Counted from the first letter of the stretch, positions 27,184 through 37,734 are shown. The stretch: 51,775 nt of DNA from an uncultured Alphaproteobacteria bacterium (GCA_902512415.1 CABXJB010000003.1:1-51775); one strand, 5' to 3'. Notes: generated from the letters alone by a model not told the origin. Translations and numbers: made by a program.

Positions 27184-28023
27184 CTAGTTTTTTACCGCTC
27201 CTGAGGTTAATCCTTCCACAATATATTTTTGAAGAAATAAAAAGACAATTAAAACAGGGGCTATTCCTACAAGAGATGCAGCCATCATTTCATTCCATTT
27301 CACCGTAGTATAACCAATAAATTCATACAATCCTGAAGGTATTGGCATATATTCTTTCTTTTGATTAAAGGTAATTGCAAATAAGAATTGTTGAGCATAA
27401 GCGCCTATAAATGCATAAATACCCACAACAACTAATCCAGGCGTGCTCAGAGGTGCTATGATGTGACGGAGAATTTGAACACGTGAAGCTCCATCAACAA
27501 ATGCTGCTTCTTCAAGATCTACAGGTATTTTTTCAAAATAAGATTTTAATAACCAAATTGATGTTGGAATTAAAAACGCTACACCCGGAACAATCATCGC
27601 TTGGTAACTGTTCAAAAGCCCAAATGTTCTAAGTACTTTGTATAAAGGTATTAATAAAACAGCCCCAGAGAACATATTAATTGCTAATAAAATATACAAA
27701 GAAGAATTTTTAAAAGGAAAATTAAATCTTGCGTATGAATAAGCAGCAGGAATTACAAAAAGTAAAGTTAAAATTGCTACAGAGGTTGCTAAGAAAAAAC
27801 TATTAAAAATATAACGGCCTAACATAGGTACTGTATTCCACATTTCTCTGTAAGCCCAAAAAGATAAATCATCTGAGTAAAATTGATATGGTGATCTAAA
27901 TAAATGATCTAATGGTCGAAGAGATGCATAAAACATTTCAACGAAAGGAAGTAATATAAATATTAAAAAAATTGTAATTGAAAAATATAAAATTATTTTT
28001 TCATAAAGTTTATATTTATTCAA
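27184..28023 (-). CDS. Carbohydrate ABC permease, MalG-type, copy B
   Basis: EEAAFVDGA loop and QKYIVEGLTSGAVK. TTG start 1 nt after the copy A stop. Confidence 0.88.
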   Translation of the reverse strand: MNKYKLYEKIILYFSITIFLIFILLPFVEMFYASLRPLDHLFRSPYQFYSDDLSFWAYREMWNTVPMLGRYIFNSFFLATSVAILTLLFVIPAAYSYARFNFPFKNSSLYILLAINMFSGAVLLIPLYKVLRTFGLLNSYQAMIVPGVAFLIPTSIWLLKSYFEKIPVDLEEAAFVDGASRVQILRHIIAPLSTPGLVVVGIYAFIGAYAQQFLFAITFNQKKEYMPIPSGLYEFIGYTTVKWNEMMAASLVGIAPVLIVFLFLQKYIVEGLTSGAVKN

Positions 28024-28860
28024 TCTAGTTTTTAACTGCTCCAGCAGTTAATCCTTCTACAATGTATTTTTGTAAAAATATAAATAAAATCAACACGGGT
28101 GCTATTCCAACTAGTGAGGCTGCCATCATTTCATTCCATTTAACACTTTGGTATCCAATAAATTCATACAATCCTGAAGGTATTGGCATATATTCTTTCT
28201 TTTGATTAAAGGTAATTGCAAATAAGAATTGTTGAGCATAAGCGCCTATAAATGCATAAATACCCACAACAACTAATCCAGGCGTGCTCAGAGGTGCTAT
28301 GATGTGACGGAGAATTTGAACACGTGAAGCTCCATCAACAAATGCTGCTTCTTCAAGATCTACAGGTATTTTTTCAAAATAAGATTTTAATAACCAAATT
28401 GATGTTGGAATTAAAAACGCTACACCCGGAACAATCATCGCTTGGTAACTGTTCAAAAGCCCAAATGTTCTAAGTACTTTGTATAAAGGTATTAATAAAA
28501 CAGCCCCAGAGAACATATTAATTGCTAATAAAATATACAAAGAAGAATTTTTAAAAGGAAAATTAAATCTTGCGTATGAATAAGCAGCAGGAATTACAAA
28601 AAGTAAAGTTAAAATTGCTACAGAGGTTGCTAAGAAAAAACTATTAAAAATATAACGGCCTAACATAGGTACTGTATTCCACATTTCTCTGTAAGCCCAA
28701 AAAGATAAATCATCTGAGTAAAATTGATATGGTGATCTAAATAAATGATCTAATGGTCGAAGAGATGCATAAAACATTTCAACGAAAGGAAGTAATATAA
28801 ATATTAAAAAAATTGTAATTGAAAAATATAAAATTATTTTTTCATAAAGTTTATATTTAT
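27314..28860. repeat. Direct repeat, 706 bp identical (27314-28019 = 28155-28860, period 841)
   Basis: Line-by-line comparison found no mismatch across the block. The flanking 130 bp differ. Confidence 0.95.
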
Positions 28861-28864
28861 CCAT
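28025..28864 (-). CDS. Carbohydrate ABC permease, MalG-type, copy A
   Basis: EEAAFVDGA loop and QKYIVEGLTAGAVK. ATG start overlaps the upstream permease. Confidence 0.92.
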   Translation of the reverse strand: MDKYKLYEKIILYFSITIFLIFILLPFVEMFYASLRPLDHLFRSPYQFYSDDLSFWAYREMWNTVPMLGRYIFNSFFLATSVAILTLLFVIPAAYSYARFNFPFKNSSLYILLAINMFSGAVLLIPLYKVLRTFGLLNSYQAMIVPGVAFLIPTSIWLLKSYFEKIPVDLEEAAFVDGASRVQILRHIIAPLSTPGLVVVGIYAFIGAYAQQFLFAITFNQKKEYMPIPSGLYEFIGYQSVKWNEMMAASLVGIAPVLILFIFLQKYIVEGLTAGAVKN

Positions 28865-29756
28865 GTGAAATCTTCTTATTAATCCTAGCTAGAAGAGCTA
28901 AGTAAAAACCTGCGAATAAAGTTAATAAAATCATTACAACAACTGCTCTAGCTGCACCTCTTCCAAACTTATAATTACCTAAGGCCTGCTTATATGTATC
29001 AATAATTAAAGTGGTTGTTGCACCTCTTGGACCTCCTTCAGTCAATATCCAAATTATTTCAAAAGAGTTGAAAGTCCAAATTGCTGATAATATAGACATA
29101 GTAATAATAACAGGTGTAATTTGAGGAAGTGTAATTTTAAAAAATCTGTCCCATCTAGAAGCTCCATCACAATAAGCGGCCTCATATAAATCTTTAGGAA
29201 CTCCCTGCATTGCTGCTAAGAAAAAAACTGTTACCATTGGGGTTCCGACCCATACATCAGCTACAATTGTAGAAATAAATGCACTTTGTTTATATGCAAG
29301 AAACCCAAAGGGGCCATCCAAAATTCCTGTATGCATTCCAACACCAGCAATAATACCAAAATAACCATTATAAAGCCAAAGCCATCCAAGCATACCTATA
29401 GCAATTGGGACCACCCATGGAGGCATTATTAAAACTCTAAACATAGATCGACCTCTTAAATTAGCGTTCAATAAAATTGCACCAATTAAACCAATAAATA
29501 ATTTCAAACTTACTGAAAAAAACATCCAAACGAAAGTTCTGGTAACAATTTTATTAAATTTTTTACTAGAGAGCATTTTTTCATAATTTTCAAAACCAAC
29601 ATAATCCTCTCCAGCTAAACTAGAATTTGTGAAAGATAATCTTATTGTTTCAAGAACTGGCCATGCAACAATTAATAAAATATAAATTGCAGCTGGAGCT
29701 ATTAGCGCATAAGCTAAAAATGTTGGTGAGTTAAAAGATTTTAATTTTTTATTCAT
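28857..29756 (-). CDS. Carbohydrate ABC permease, MalF-type
   Basis: VGFENY, LYEAAYCDGA and ILTEGGP. Confidence 0.92.
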   Translation of the reverse strand: MNKKLKSFNSPTFLAYALIAPAAIYILLIVAWPVLETIRLSFTNSSLAGEDYVGFENYEKMLSSKKFNKIVTRTFVWMFFSVSLKLFIGLIGAILLNANLRGRSMFRVLIMPPWVVPIAIGMLGWLWLYNGYFGIIAGVGMHTGILDGPFGFLAYKQSAFISTIVADVWVGTPMVTVFFLAAMQGVPKDLYEAAYCDGASRWDRFFKITLPQITPVIITMSILSAIWTFNSFEIIWILTEGGPRGATTTLIIDTYKQALGNYKFGRGAARAVVVMILLTLFAGFYLALLARINKKISHG

Positions 29757-29758
29757 TT

Positions 29759-30907
29759 TTAATTTTTAATTTCTTCATCTAACCTATTCCAACTATTTGT
29801 TAAATCTATTATTTTCCCAGTTTTTCTTGATTCATCTATTTTCATAGCCACTATACCAGCCTCAATACAGTCTTTTACACCAACAGGTAGATTCATCTTT
29901 TCAGAATTAGTTAAGTGATGATTTATATCTTGCAGCATAAGATTATCAGCTCCATAGTGCCCTTTTGAAGCTCCAAAAGCTGCACCATAATCTTCATCTA
30001 ATACTATATTATTTTGTTGATCGTGAGCTTTAAGAAATCCTCTTACAAAATCTCCTTCGACCATGCCGTTAGTACCTATAACAGCAAAACGTCTAAATTC
30101 ATCTGGAACTCGCATGTTTGTATGAAAAGCCAAAGTAGCTCCGTTTTCATATTCAATTATTGCTACTTGATGATCAACAATATCAGCATCACTATCGAAT
30201 ACATTCTCTTTAGATTCCCATCCAAATAAATTATATTTTGAGTACTCATCTAAATTTTCATTTGGCGTATTTTGAGGAATAAATGAATTTCTTCCACCAA
30301 AACTCGCAACCCTTTTTGGTCTGCAACCAGCTATCATATTATAAAAATCTAAATCATGACAACATTTCTCTAACATAAAGCCGCCTGAGAATTTTTCTTT
30401 TCGACGCCAATTTCGCATAAAGAATCCTCCGTGCCAAGGCATAATGTGCTCTGAAGCTTCAATAGACACAACATTACCTAAAACATTTTTATCTATTAAA
30501 TCCCTAACTGATCTTGCATGTTGAGAATATCTAAGAACAAGTCCGACCAAAACTTGTTCTTGCCCAAATTCACTCAATAGTTTTGCTAACTCAAAAGATT
30601 GTTTTTCATCAACAACTATTGGTTTTTCTGCAAAAATTTTAATTCCAGCATTTAGCCCAATAGTAATATGTTCTAGATGCAAATGATTTGGAGAGCCAAT
30701 CATCAAAAGATCTAATTTTTCATTAGATAGCATATCATTTAAGTTAGAATATTCCTTAGATGGAAAAAAATTATGCTTTTCTGCGTAATGCTTACCTATA
30801 GGCTTAGGATCTACATAGGCAATCAATTTTGAATCTTTATTTATTTGAGATAATTCGTGGTATATATGCGCTATTCTGTTTCCAAACCCTACTGCCCCAA
30901 TTTTCAT
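29759..30907 (-). CDS. Gfo/Idh/MocA family oxidoreductase
   Basis: GFGNR, AEKP, LEKCCHDLD and GHYGAD. Confidence 0.9.
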   Translation of the reverse strand: MKIGAVGFGNRIAHIYHELSQINKDSKLIAYVDPKPIGKHYAEKHNFFPSKEYSNLNDMLSNEKLDLLMIGSPNHLHLEHITIGLNAGIKIFAEKPIVVDEKQSFELAKLLSEFGQEQVLVGLVLRYSQHARSVRDLIDKNVLGNVVSIEASEHIMPWHGGFFMRNWRRKEKFSGGFMLEKCCHDLDFYNMIAGCRPKRVASFGGRNSFIPQNTPNENLDEYSKYNLFGWESKENVFDSDADIVDHQVAIIEYENGATLAFHTNMRVPDEFRRFAVIGTNGMVEGDFVRGFLKAHDQQNNIVLDEDYGAAFGASKGHYGADNLMLQDINHHLTNSEKMNLPVGVKDCIEAGIVAMKIDESRKTGKIIDLTNSWNRLDEEIKN

Positions 30908-30937
30908 TTTATCCCCCCTACTACATTAATTATAATA

Positions 30938-32800
30938 CTAAAAATTATGAAACTTCCAGCCTAATTTTGTCAAAAATTCTAAATTATTTATCAATGATGA
31001 TCTAAATTGACTCCATGATCTTTTTGCTTTTGAACACCAAGCTATTTCAGCAAGAGCAGCAAGACGTGGATTAATCATTTGGTCAAAATAATCTTTATTT
31101 GTAATTGTTTCTGACCAAAGCTGACCTTGGATACCTAAGATATTAACCAGATCATTAGTTTCATAATCCTGAATAGGTTTCCATTCAAACACTTCTCTTA
31201 CTTCTATTGTAGCTGCCCAACAAATTCCCCTTTCATATGTAGAATTATTATAAGCCATATCAAAATATGTTTTATGACCGGGACAAAGGACAGTTTTAAA
31301 TCCTTTTTTGGCAGACATCAATCCAACATCTGGATGCTCCCATGCAAAAATAATACATGATTTATCGATTTTACCTGCACTGCCAGCAGATCCTATTTCA
31401 TTATGTGGAGGTAGTGCGGCCTCATTCCAAGCTGCTGTTAATTTATTTGAATTTTTTAAAATATTAATAATAATATTCATATAGTCATCTTGTAGTTCAT
31501 CAAAAGAAGTGATGTTATTTTTTTTCATGTATTCAATGACTTTGGGTGAACCTTCCCAAGACTCTTTGGGTCTTTCATCAACTCCAACATGAATGATGTT
31601 AAATGAAAAAATTTCACTTAATTCTTCTAAAATATTTTTTAAAAAAACATGCGTCTCATCAATCGCAGGATTAATCGTATTATTCGGATAATTACCCACA
31701 TCCTCTGAAATAATATTAGATGATGAATCTCTTAACTCAGGCATCACTTGCAACAATGTCCAGGAGTGAGCTGGTAAATCAATCTCTGGCATAATTTGAA
31801 TATTACGTTGTTTTGCGTAATCAGTTAATGCTTTAATTTGACTTCGTGAGTAATAACCACCAGTCTTATTATATCCAGTACCATAGAAGGGTGGTATATT
31901 TTCATTATAGCCCCTGAAAGAACCGATCTTAGTTAATTTTGGATAACTTGCTAATTCAACTCTCCATGCTTCGTTGTCAGTTAAATGCCAATGAAAACGA
32001 TTTAATTTAAAAAAACACATATAATCCATTAGTCTTTTTATTTCATCGATGGAATAAAACTGCCTTGCACAATCTAAATGCATTCCTCTCCAGCCTAAAC
32101 TAGGTTTATCTTCTATTGATCCTAATGGTAATTTTGATTTATAAAAATTTATAAGTTGTATCAACGTGATAATTGAATAAAATTTTCCACCATAATCAGA
32201 ATAATGAATTGTAATTATTTTTTTATCAATCACAATTTTGTATTCATCAGTTTCTAAATTTTTTTTAATAAAAACAATTGGATGACCTATTGATGTGTTA
32301 AATTTTATATCAGATACTTTTACAAAATTATTAAAATTTTTAAAAAAATTTTTTTCACTTGATGATATTTTAAATTCTGAATTTGTAATTTGAATAGTTT
32401 CTTTTTTTAAATTTGATATAAACGGAACAGGAATAACTGGATCAAATTTATTCTCCTGATCATTAGAATAAATGATCTCAGGTATTGGGTCCTCAAATTT
32501 GAGAACATTTATTTTACATTCTAATTTTTCATCATTTTTTCCAATAATAAATAACCCTTCAGGTCCGCAAGAAAGATTATAAGAGCCTATTCTTGGTTTC
32601 TGTAATGTAAAAATTATTTCATCTTGTTCAGAAAAAATTTCATAATATCTACCAACTTTTTTGGAAATTTTCCCACCATCAACATCTTGAATTGAATAAA
32701 CAAGAGAAAAACAAATTTTAAAATTACCGTGCTGATGTGCATTATTCGAAATAGATAATTTTAATTTATTATTTTTAGTAAAAATTAAGTGTATTTCCAT
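30938..32800 (-). CDS. Beta-N-acetylhexosaminidase (GH20), no signal peptide
   Basis: WRGMHLDCAR, FHWHLTD, PEIDLPAH, HVGVDE catalytic pair, LWSE and PRLAALAE. ATG 32800 is preferred over TTG 32806. Confidence 0.92.
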   Translation of the reverse strand: MEIHLIFTKNNKLKLSISNNAHQHGNFKICFSLVYSIQDVDGGKISKKVGRYYEIFSEQDEIIFTLQKPRIGSYNLSCGPEGLFIIGKNDEKLECKINVLKFEDPIPEIIYSNDQENKFDPVIPVPFISNLKKETIQITNSEFKISSSEKNFFKNFNNFVKVSDIKFNTSIGHPIVFIKKNLETDEYKIVIDKKIITIHYSDYGGKFYSIITLIQLINFYKSKLPLGSIEDKPSLGWRGMHLDCARQFYSIDEIKRLMDYMCFFKLNRFHWHLTDNEAWRVELASYPKLTKIGSFRGYNENIPPFYGTGYNKTGGYYSRSQIKALTDYAKQRNIQIMPEIDLPAHSWTLLQVMPELRDSSSNIISEDVGNYPNNTINPAIDETHVFLKNILEELSEIFSFNIIHVGVDERPKESWEGSPKVIEYMKKNNITSFDELQDDYMNIIINILKNSNKLTAAWNEAALPPHNEIGSAGSAGKIDKSCIIFAWEHPDVGLMSAKKGFKTVLCPGHKTYFDMAYNNSTYERGICWAATIEVREVFEWKPIQDYETNDLVNILGIQGQLWSETITNKDYFDQMINPRLAALAEIAWCSKAKRSWSQFRSSLINNLEFLTKLGWKFHNF

Positions 32801-32828
32801 TATCAATAATTTATATATTTAGTTTATC

Positions 32829-33896
32829 ATGAGTTTTAAAGATTTATTTCAAGATGATTATTTATTTACTAACAATGCTCATGCAAGAGTAAATTTAATA
32901 GGTGAACACACTGATTATACTGGTGGCTATGTTATGCCATCTTTACTAAACTTTAAAACAACTATTCAAATTTCCAAAAACAATATGGAAGAATATCAAG
33001 TCTATTCTGAAAATTTTGATGAACACAAAAACTTTACTGATTTTCTTAAATCAAAAAATAACGATTGGATAGATTATGTTAAAGGCTGCCTATTTGTTTT
33101 TTATGAAGAAAATAAACATATTCCTAACACTTATTTAAATATTTTTATATCTTCAACTATTCCAATGGGTAGAGGTATTTCATCATCATCTGCTCTTTGT
33201 GTTGCTATCCTAAAAACACTAAATGATTATTTTAAAACTGACTATCCTGAGAAGCACATTGCAATATTAGCTCAAAAGGTTGAGCGTAACTATATTGGTG
33301 TCTCTGGAGGAATAATGGATCAAATGGTTTCATCAATTGGTATTCATAGAAAAGCTTTTTTCTTAGATTGTTTAAGTTTAAAATTTGAATTGATAGACCT
33401 ACCAAATGATTGGGTTTTTTGTTTAGTCGACTCTGCTGTTCAAAGAAATCTTAGAGATAGTGCATACAACGAAAGATATAACCAACTCAAGAAAGCTGAG
33501 GAATATTTAAAGGCAGATTACTTAGGTTCAATTAAACCTGATCAATTTGATGAAAATAAAATAAATGATGAATTAATATTAAAAAGAGCAAGACATGTAA
33601 TTACAGAAAATGCTAGAGTCCTTGAAGCTAAGCAATCTATTATAAATGAAGATATAAAATTATTTGGAAAGTTAATGAATGAAAGTCATAAATCATATGC
33701 AAAAGATTTTGAAGCATCAACAAAAGATGTTGATAAAATAATTGAAAGATCAATTTTATCAGGTGCAGAGGGCGCAAGACTAACAGGTGGAGGATTTGGT
33801 GGATTTACTGTTTCACTCATTCATAAAAATAAATACGAAGATTGGAAAAAAAATATTAATAAGTTTTATGATAGCAAAAATATATTTGAGGTTTAA
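32829..33896 (+). CDS. galK: Galactokinase family GHMP kinase
   Basis: RVNLIGEHTDY, PMGRGISSSSA, GIMDQ and GARLTGGGFGG. Confidence 0.88.
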   Translation: MSFKDLFQDDYLFTNNAHARVNLIGEHTDYTGGYVMPSLLNFKTTIQISKNNMEEYQVYSENFDEHKNFTDFLKSKNNDWIDYVKGCLFVFYEENKHIPNTYLNIFISSTIPMGRGISSSSALCVAILKTLNDYFKTDYPEKHIAILAQKVERNYIGVSGGIMDQMVSSIGIHRKAFFLDCLSLKFELIDLPNDWVFCLVDSAVQRNLRDSAYNERYNQLKKAEEYLKADYLGSIKPDQFDENKINDELILKRARHVITENARVLEAKQSIINEDIKLFGKLMNESHKSYAKDFEASTKDVDKIIERSILSGAEGARLTGGGFGGFTVSLIHKNKYEDWKKNINKFYDSKNIFEV

Positions 33897-35368
33897 TGCA
33901 AAAATTTAAAAATTATATTAATGGAGAATTTGTTGAATCAAAATCTGGAAATTCTTTTACAACTATTGATCCCTCTACTGAAAAGGAGATTGCAGAAATT
34001 TCTTTAGCAGAAGAATTTGAAGTAAATTTAGCTGTAGATGCAGCATACAAGGCTTTTCATGGAGAATGGTCAAAAATTCTACCTTATAAAAGAGCTCAGT
34101 ATTTAAGAGCTATAGGCGATCAACTTAAAGACAAAGCTGAATTACTTGGAACAATTGAAACAAAAGATACAGGAAAATTATATAAAGAAACAAAATTTCA
34201 AGCAAACTATATAGCAGAGTATTATTATTATTATGCTGGATTAGTTGATAAAATTGAAGGGTCAACACTTCCTATAGATAAAGAAGATATGCTTGTTTTT
34301 ACCAACAGAGTGCCAGTGGGAGTAGTTGCGGCAATAATACCTTGGAATTCACAAATGTTTCTTACGGCAGTTAAGCTTGCACCAGCCTTAGCTATGGGTA
34401 ATACAATAATTATTAAAGCATCAGAAATTGCACCAACACCGTTATTAGAATTTGCGAAAATAATTGACAAAGCAGGTTTGCCTAAAGGTGTTGTAAATAT
34501 AATAACTGGATTTGCAGATACTTGTAGCAAGGTTTTGACTTCACATCGCAAAATTAATAAAATTGCATTTACTGGAGGAGTTAACACAGCAAAACATATA
34601 GTAAGAAATTCTGCAGAAAATTTGTCTCAATTATCTCTTGAGCTCGGAGGTAAAAGTCCAGTAGTGGTATTTAATGATGCTAGAAAAGATAATGCTATAA
34701 ATGGAATTATGGCAAGTATATTTGGAGCAAGTGGACAAAGTTGTATTGCTGGTTCAAGGCTTTATTTGCAGGAAGATATATATCAAGAATATTTAGAGGA
34801 GTTAAAAAATAGAGCTGAGAATATTAAAATAGGTGATCCTTTATCCACTACTACGCAATTAGGACCTCTTGCTACATTAAATCAATTACAAAATATTGAA
34901 GAAAAAATTAAACAAACAATAGAGCAAGGAGGTCGAATAATTACTGGAGGCAATAAAGTTACTGAATTTACAAACGGATACTATTTTGAACCTACAATTA
35001 TTGAATGCGATAATCACAAATTACCTACTGCTGAAAATGAATTATTTGGTCCGGTCTTATCTGTAATGAAGTTTAAAGATGAAGAGCATGCAATTAATTT
35101 AATGAATGATAATAGTTATGGATTAGCGGCTGGTATCTTTACAGAAAATAATGGTATAGCAATGAGAGTTTCTAAAGCTGTTCAAGCAGGAATTGTATTT
35201 GTTAATACATATAGATTAATTTCTCCTGTCGCTCCTTTTGGTGGATTTAAAAATAGTGGTTATGGAAGAGAGTCAGGTTTAGAGGTTATGAAGGATTATT
35301 CTAATACAAAAACAACATGGATAAGTACTTCAACCAAACCTCTAAGTGATCCATTTAATATTAGATAA
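33896..35368 (+). CDS. Aldehyde dehydrogenase
   Basis: PWN, FTGG, LELGGKS, GQSC, ELFGPV and PFGGFKNSGYGRE. Confidence 0.95.
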   Translation: MQKFKNYINGEFVESKSGNSFTTIDPSTEKEIAEISLAEEFEVNLAVDAAYKAFHGEWSKILPYKRAQYLRAIGDQLKDKAELLGTIETKDTGKLYKETKFQANYIAEYYYYYAGLVDKIEGSTLPIDKEDMLVFTNRVPVGVVAAIIPWNSQMFLTAVKLAPALAMGNTIIIKASEIAPTPLLEFAKIIDKAGLPKGVVNIITGFADTCSKVLTSHRKINKIAFTGGVNTAKHIVRNSAENLSQLSLELGGKSPVVVFNDARKDNAINGIMASIFGASGQSCIAGSRLYLQEDIYQEYLEELKNRAENIKIGDPLSTTTQLGPLATLNQLQNIEEKIKQTIEQGGRIITGGNKVTEFTNGYYFEPTIIECDNHKLPTAENELFGPVLSVMKFKDEEHAINLMNDNSYGLAAGIFTENNGIAMRVSKAVQAGIVFVNTYRLISPVAPFGGFKNSGYGRESGLEVMKDYSNTKTTWISTSTKPLSDPFNIR

Positions 35369-35373
35369 CAATT

Positions 35374-36546
35374 ATGCAAAATAATAAAGCTCCTATAAGA
35401 GGATTTTCGACAAAAGAATTTGAAACTCGTTTGGCTAATGCTCAAAAAATTATGCAAGTTTATCAACTTGATAGTCTTTTAGTAACTACTCCACAGAATA
35501 TTAGATATTTTACTGGATATGACTCTCAATTTTGGGAAAGTCCAACTAGACCTTGGTTTGTAGTAATACCAGCAACAAGTAAACCTATCGCCATCGTGCC
35601 TGAAATAGGAGAATCGGAATTTAATAAAACATGGCTTGATGAAATACTTACCTGGCCATCACCTAGACCTGAAGATGAAGGTGTTTCACTTTTGAAGGCT
35701 AGTTTAGAAAATTTAAAAAAAACCCATGGAAATGTCGGTGCTGAATTTGGAAAGGAAATGACTATTAGAATGCCGGTAAAGGATCTTGAGAAATTAAGAA
35801 AAACTATCAATTTAAATATTATTGATGGTTCTGATGCTCTTTGGGATATACGCATGGTAAAAACAAATGCTGAAATAGAGCATATAAAATATATATGCTC
35901 AATTGCTAGCGATGCTTACAATCAACTTCCTTCAAAATTAGCAATTGGAGATACTGAGAGAGATGTCGTAAGAAAATTAAAAATAGATATGCTTCAAAAA
36001 GGAGCAGATAGTGTTCCTTTCATGCCGGGTATTTCTGGAGAAGGCGGAGTTTCTCAAATTGTATGTGGACCAACTGATAAAGTGCTTAATAATGGGGATA
36101 TTCTTTGCATCGATACTGGTTCAACCTATGATGGATATTTTTGTGACTTTGATAGAAACTATGCTTTTGGAGAAATATCAAGTGAAGTTGAAAGAATACA
36201 CGAAACATTATGGCTTGCTACTGAGGCTGGTATTAAAGCAGCGATACCTGGAGCTACAACAGATGAAGTATGGGTAGCTATGAATACTATAATTCAAGAG
36301 GCTGGAACAATTGGAAATAACGTTGGTCGCCTAGGACACGGACTTGGACTTCAATTAACTGAACCCCCTTCTCACCGTCCAGGGGATAATACTCGTATTG
36401 TTGAGAATATGGTTCTCACTATTGAACCAGGCATGGAATATGCGCCTGGTAAAATGATTGTACACGAAGAAAATATTGCTATCACAAAAGATGGTTCAAG
36501 ACTTTTGACAAAACGTGCTCCACGTCAAATGCCTATTATAAAATAA
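35374..36546 (+). CDS. M24 (Xaa-Pro peptidase/creatinase-fold) metallopeptidase family protein
   Basis: Creatinase-like N-domain (NIRYFTG). Metal ligands are present in IDTG..CD, GHGLG, TIEPG and HEE. Confidence 0.88.
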   Translation: MQNNKAPIRGFSTKEFETRLANAQKIMQVYQLDSLLVTTPQNIRYFTGYDSQFWESPTRPWFVVIPATSKPIAIVPEIGESEFNKTWLDEILTWPSPRPEDEGVSLLKASLENLKKTHGNVGAEFGKEMTIRMPVKDLEKLRKTINLNIIDGSDALWDIRMVKTNAEIEHIKYICSIASDAYNQLPSKLAIGDTERDVVRKLKIDMLQKGADSVPFMPGISGEGGVSQIVCGPTDKVLNNGDILCIDTGSTYDGYFCDFDRNYAFGEISSEVERIHETLWLATEAGIKAAIPGATTDEVWVAMNTIIQEAGTIGNNVGRLGHGLGLQLTEPPSHRPGDNTRIVENMVLTIEPGMEYAPGKMIVHEENIAITKDGSRLLTKRAPRQMPIIK

Positions 36547-36568
36547 TAATTTTTATTTGATCACTTAA

Positions 36569-37660
36569 TTAATTGCTTAGTGATTTTAAAAGTCTTAATT
36601 TTCCTTCAGCAGCATCGTGCCCAAGATAACATCCTTGAAGATGTCTTAATCCAGTATTTGGAAAAAATTTTGTTCTTCCATGAAGTAACCGATGATTATC
36701 AAACATCATCAATGTACTTTTCTTTAATCTAAATTTAATTTGAAAATCTGAAGAGTTACATAACTTAAAAAAAAATTTTCTTGCTTTATAATATTTAGTA
36801 AGTCTATCTTTATCTAGTAAAGGTACATAATCAGATCTTCCATTCAATCTTATTTGTTTAAAGTCTCCATTTGAATCGAGTTCAATAATCTTGCCTTTAT
36901 TTTCAAGAATTATATCTTTATCAATAAACTTAAATAAAACTTCTGTAGATGTTAGAGTGTCAAAGTAACATTTATTATTTTTTCTTAAATATTCACAGAC
37001 ACTATATCCATCGACTAATGCAGTATCACCTCCTTTAGCCTCATTAGTAATACAATGCAAAATTTGAATACCTGGGACTGGTTTTCGATAAGGATTATCT
37101 GTATGAACAGATAATCCTAAAGAAGTATATGCGAGATTATTTGCTTTTTTTTTTGAAATTACATCAAAAATTCTTCCATAATTTGTTTCAATTATAGGAC
37201 CAATTCTTTCTGCAAACTTAATGATCTCTTTTTCTTTAGCCTCAATATTATTAATTATTACAAATCCATATTCGTAAAATTTTTCAAGCAAGTTAATTAA
37301 TAATTTTTCATCATTGTTTAAAAAAGACGAATCAAATTGCAACATTTTTAAATCAATACTTGCCGACCAAAAGATCTTTTTAGGAATAAAGTCTTTTCCA
37401 ATAATTTCTTTATGTAAATTATAAATATTATAATTAGATTCAGTTTTATCACTAAACCTAACATACAATAATTGATTATTAATTTTATAATCTAATATAA
37501 AAATATCTATATCTATTAAGGACGGATCATAAAGGCGTTGTAAATTATTTGTATCTAAATTTATTTCGTCTGTAACACGTTCTCTTAACCATAATGCATG
37601 CAAATAATAACCCTTTAATGGACCTTCTTTTAGATTAATGCCTCTGATACGATTATTCAC
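36569..37660 (-). CDS. TauD/gamma-butyrobetaine hydroxylase family Fe(II)/2OG dioxygenase
   Basis: WLRE, NLAYT, HTDNPY, DNHRLLHGR and RHLQGCY. Confidence 0.88.
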   Translation of the reverse strand: MNNRIRGINLKEGPLKGYYLHALWLRERVTDEINLDTNNLQRLYDPSLIDIDIFILDYKINNQLLYVRFSDKTESNYNIYNLHKEIIGKDFIPKKIFWSASIDLKMLQFDSSFLNNDEKLLINLLEKFYEYGFVIINNIEAKEKEIIKFAERIGPIIETNYGRIFDVISKKKANNLAYTSLGLSVHTDNPYRKPVPGIQILHCITNEAKGGDTALVDGYSVCEYLRKNNKCYFDTLTSTEVLFKFIDKDIILENKGKIIELDSNGDFKQIRLNGRSDYVPLLDKDRLTKYYKARKFFFKLCNSSDFQIKFRLKKSTLMMFDNHRLLHGRTKFFPNTGLRHLQGCYLGHDAAEGKLRLLKSLSN

Positions 37661-37734
37661 AACAAATAATATTTATATTTCTAAATATTAATCAAATATA
37701 TAATTTACAATCAAAAATTGCAATTTTAAGATAA

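Noticed and set aside
35374-36546. Creatinase, ectoine hydrolase or DddP call for the M24 protein
   Set aside because: All five metal ligands are retained, unlike creatinase, and no diagnostic context supports the other calls.
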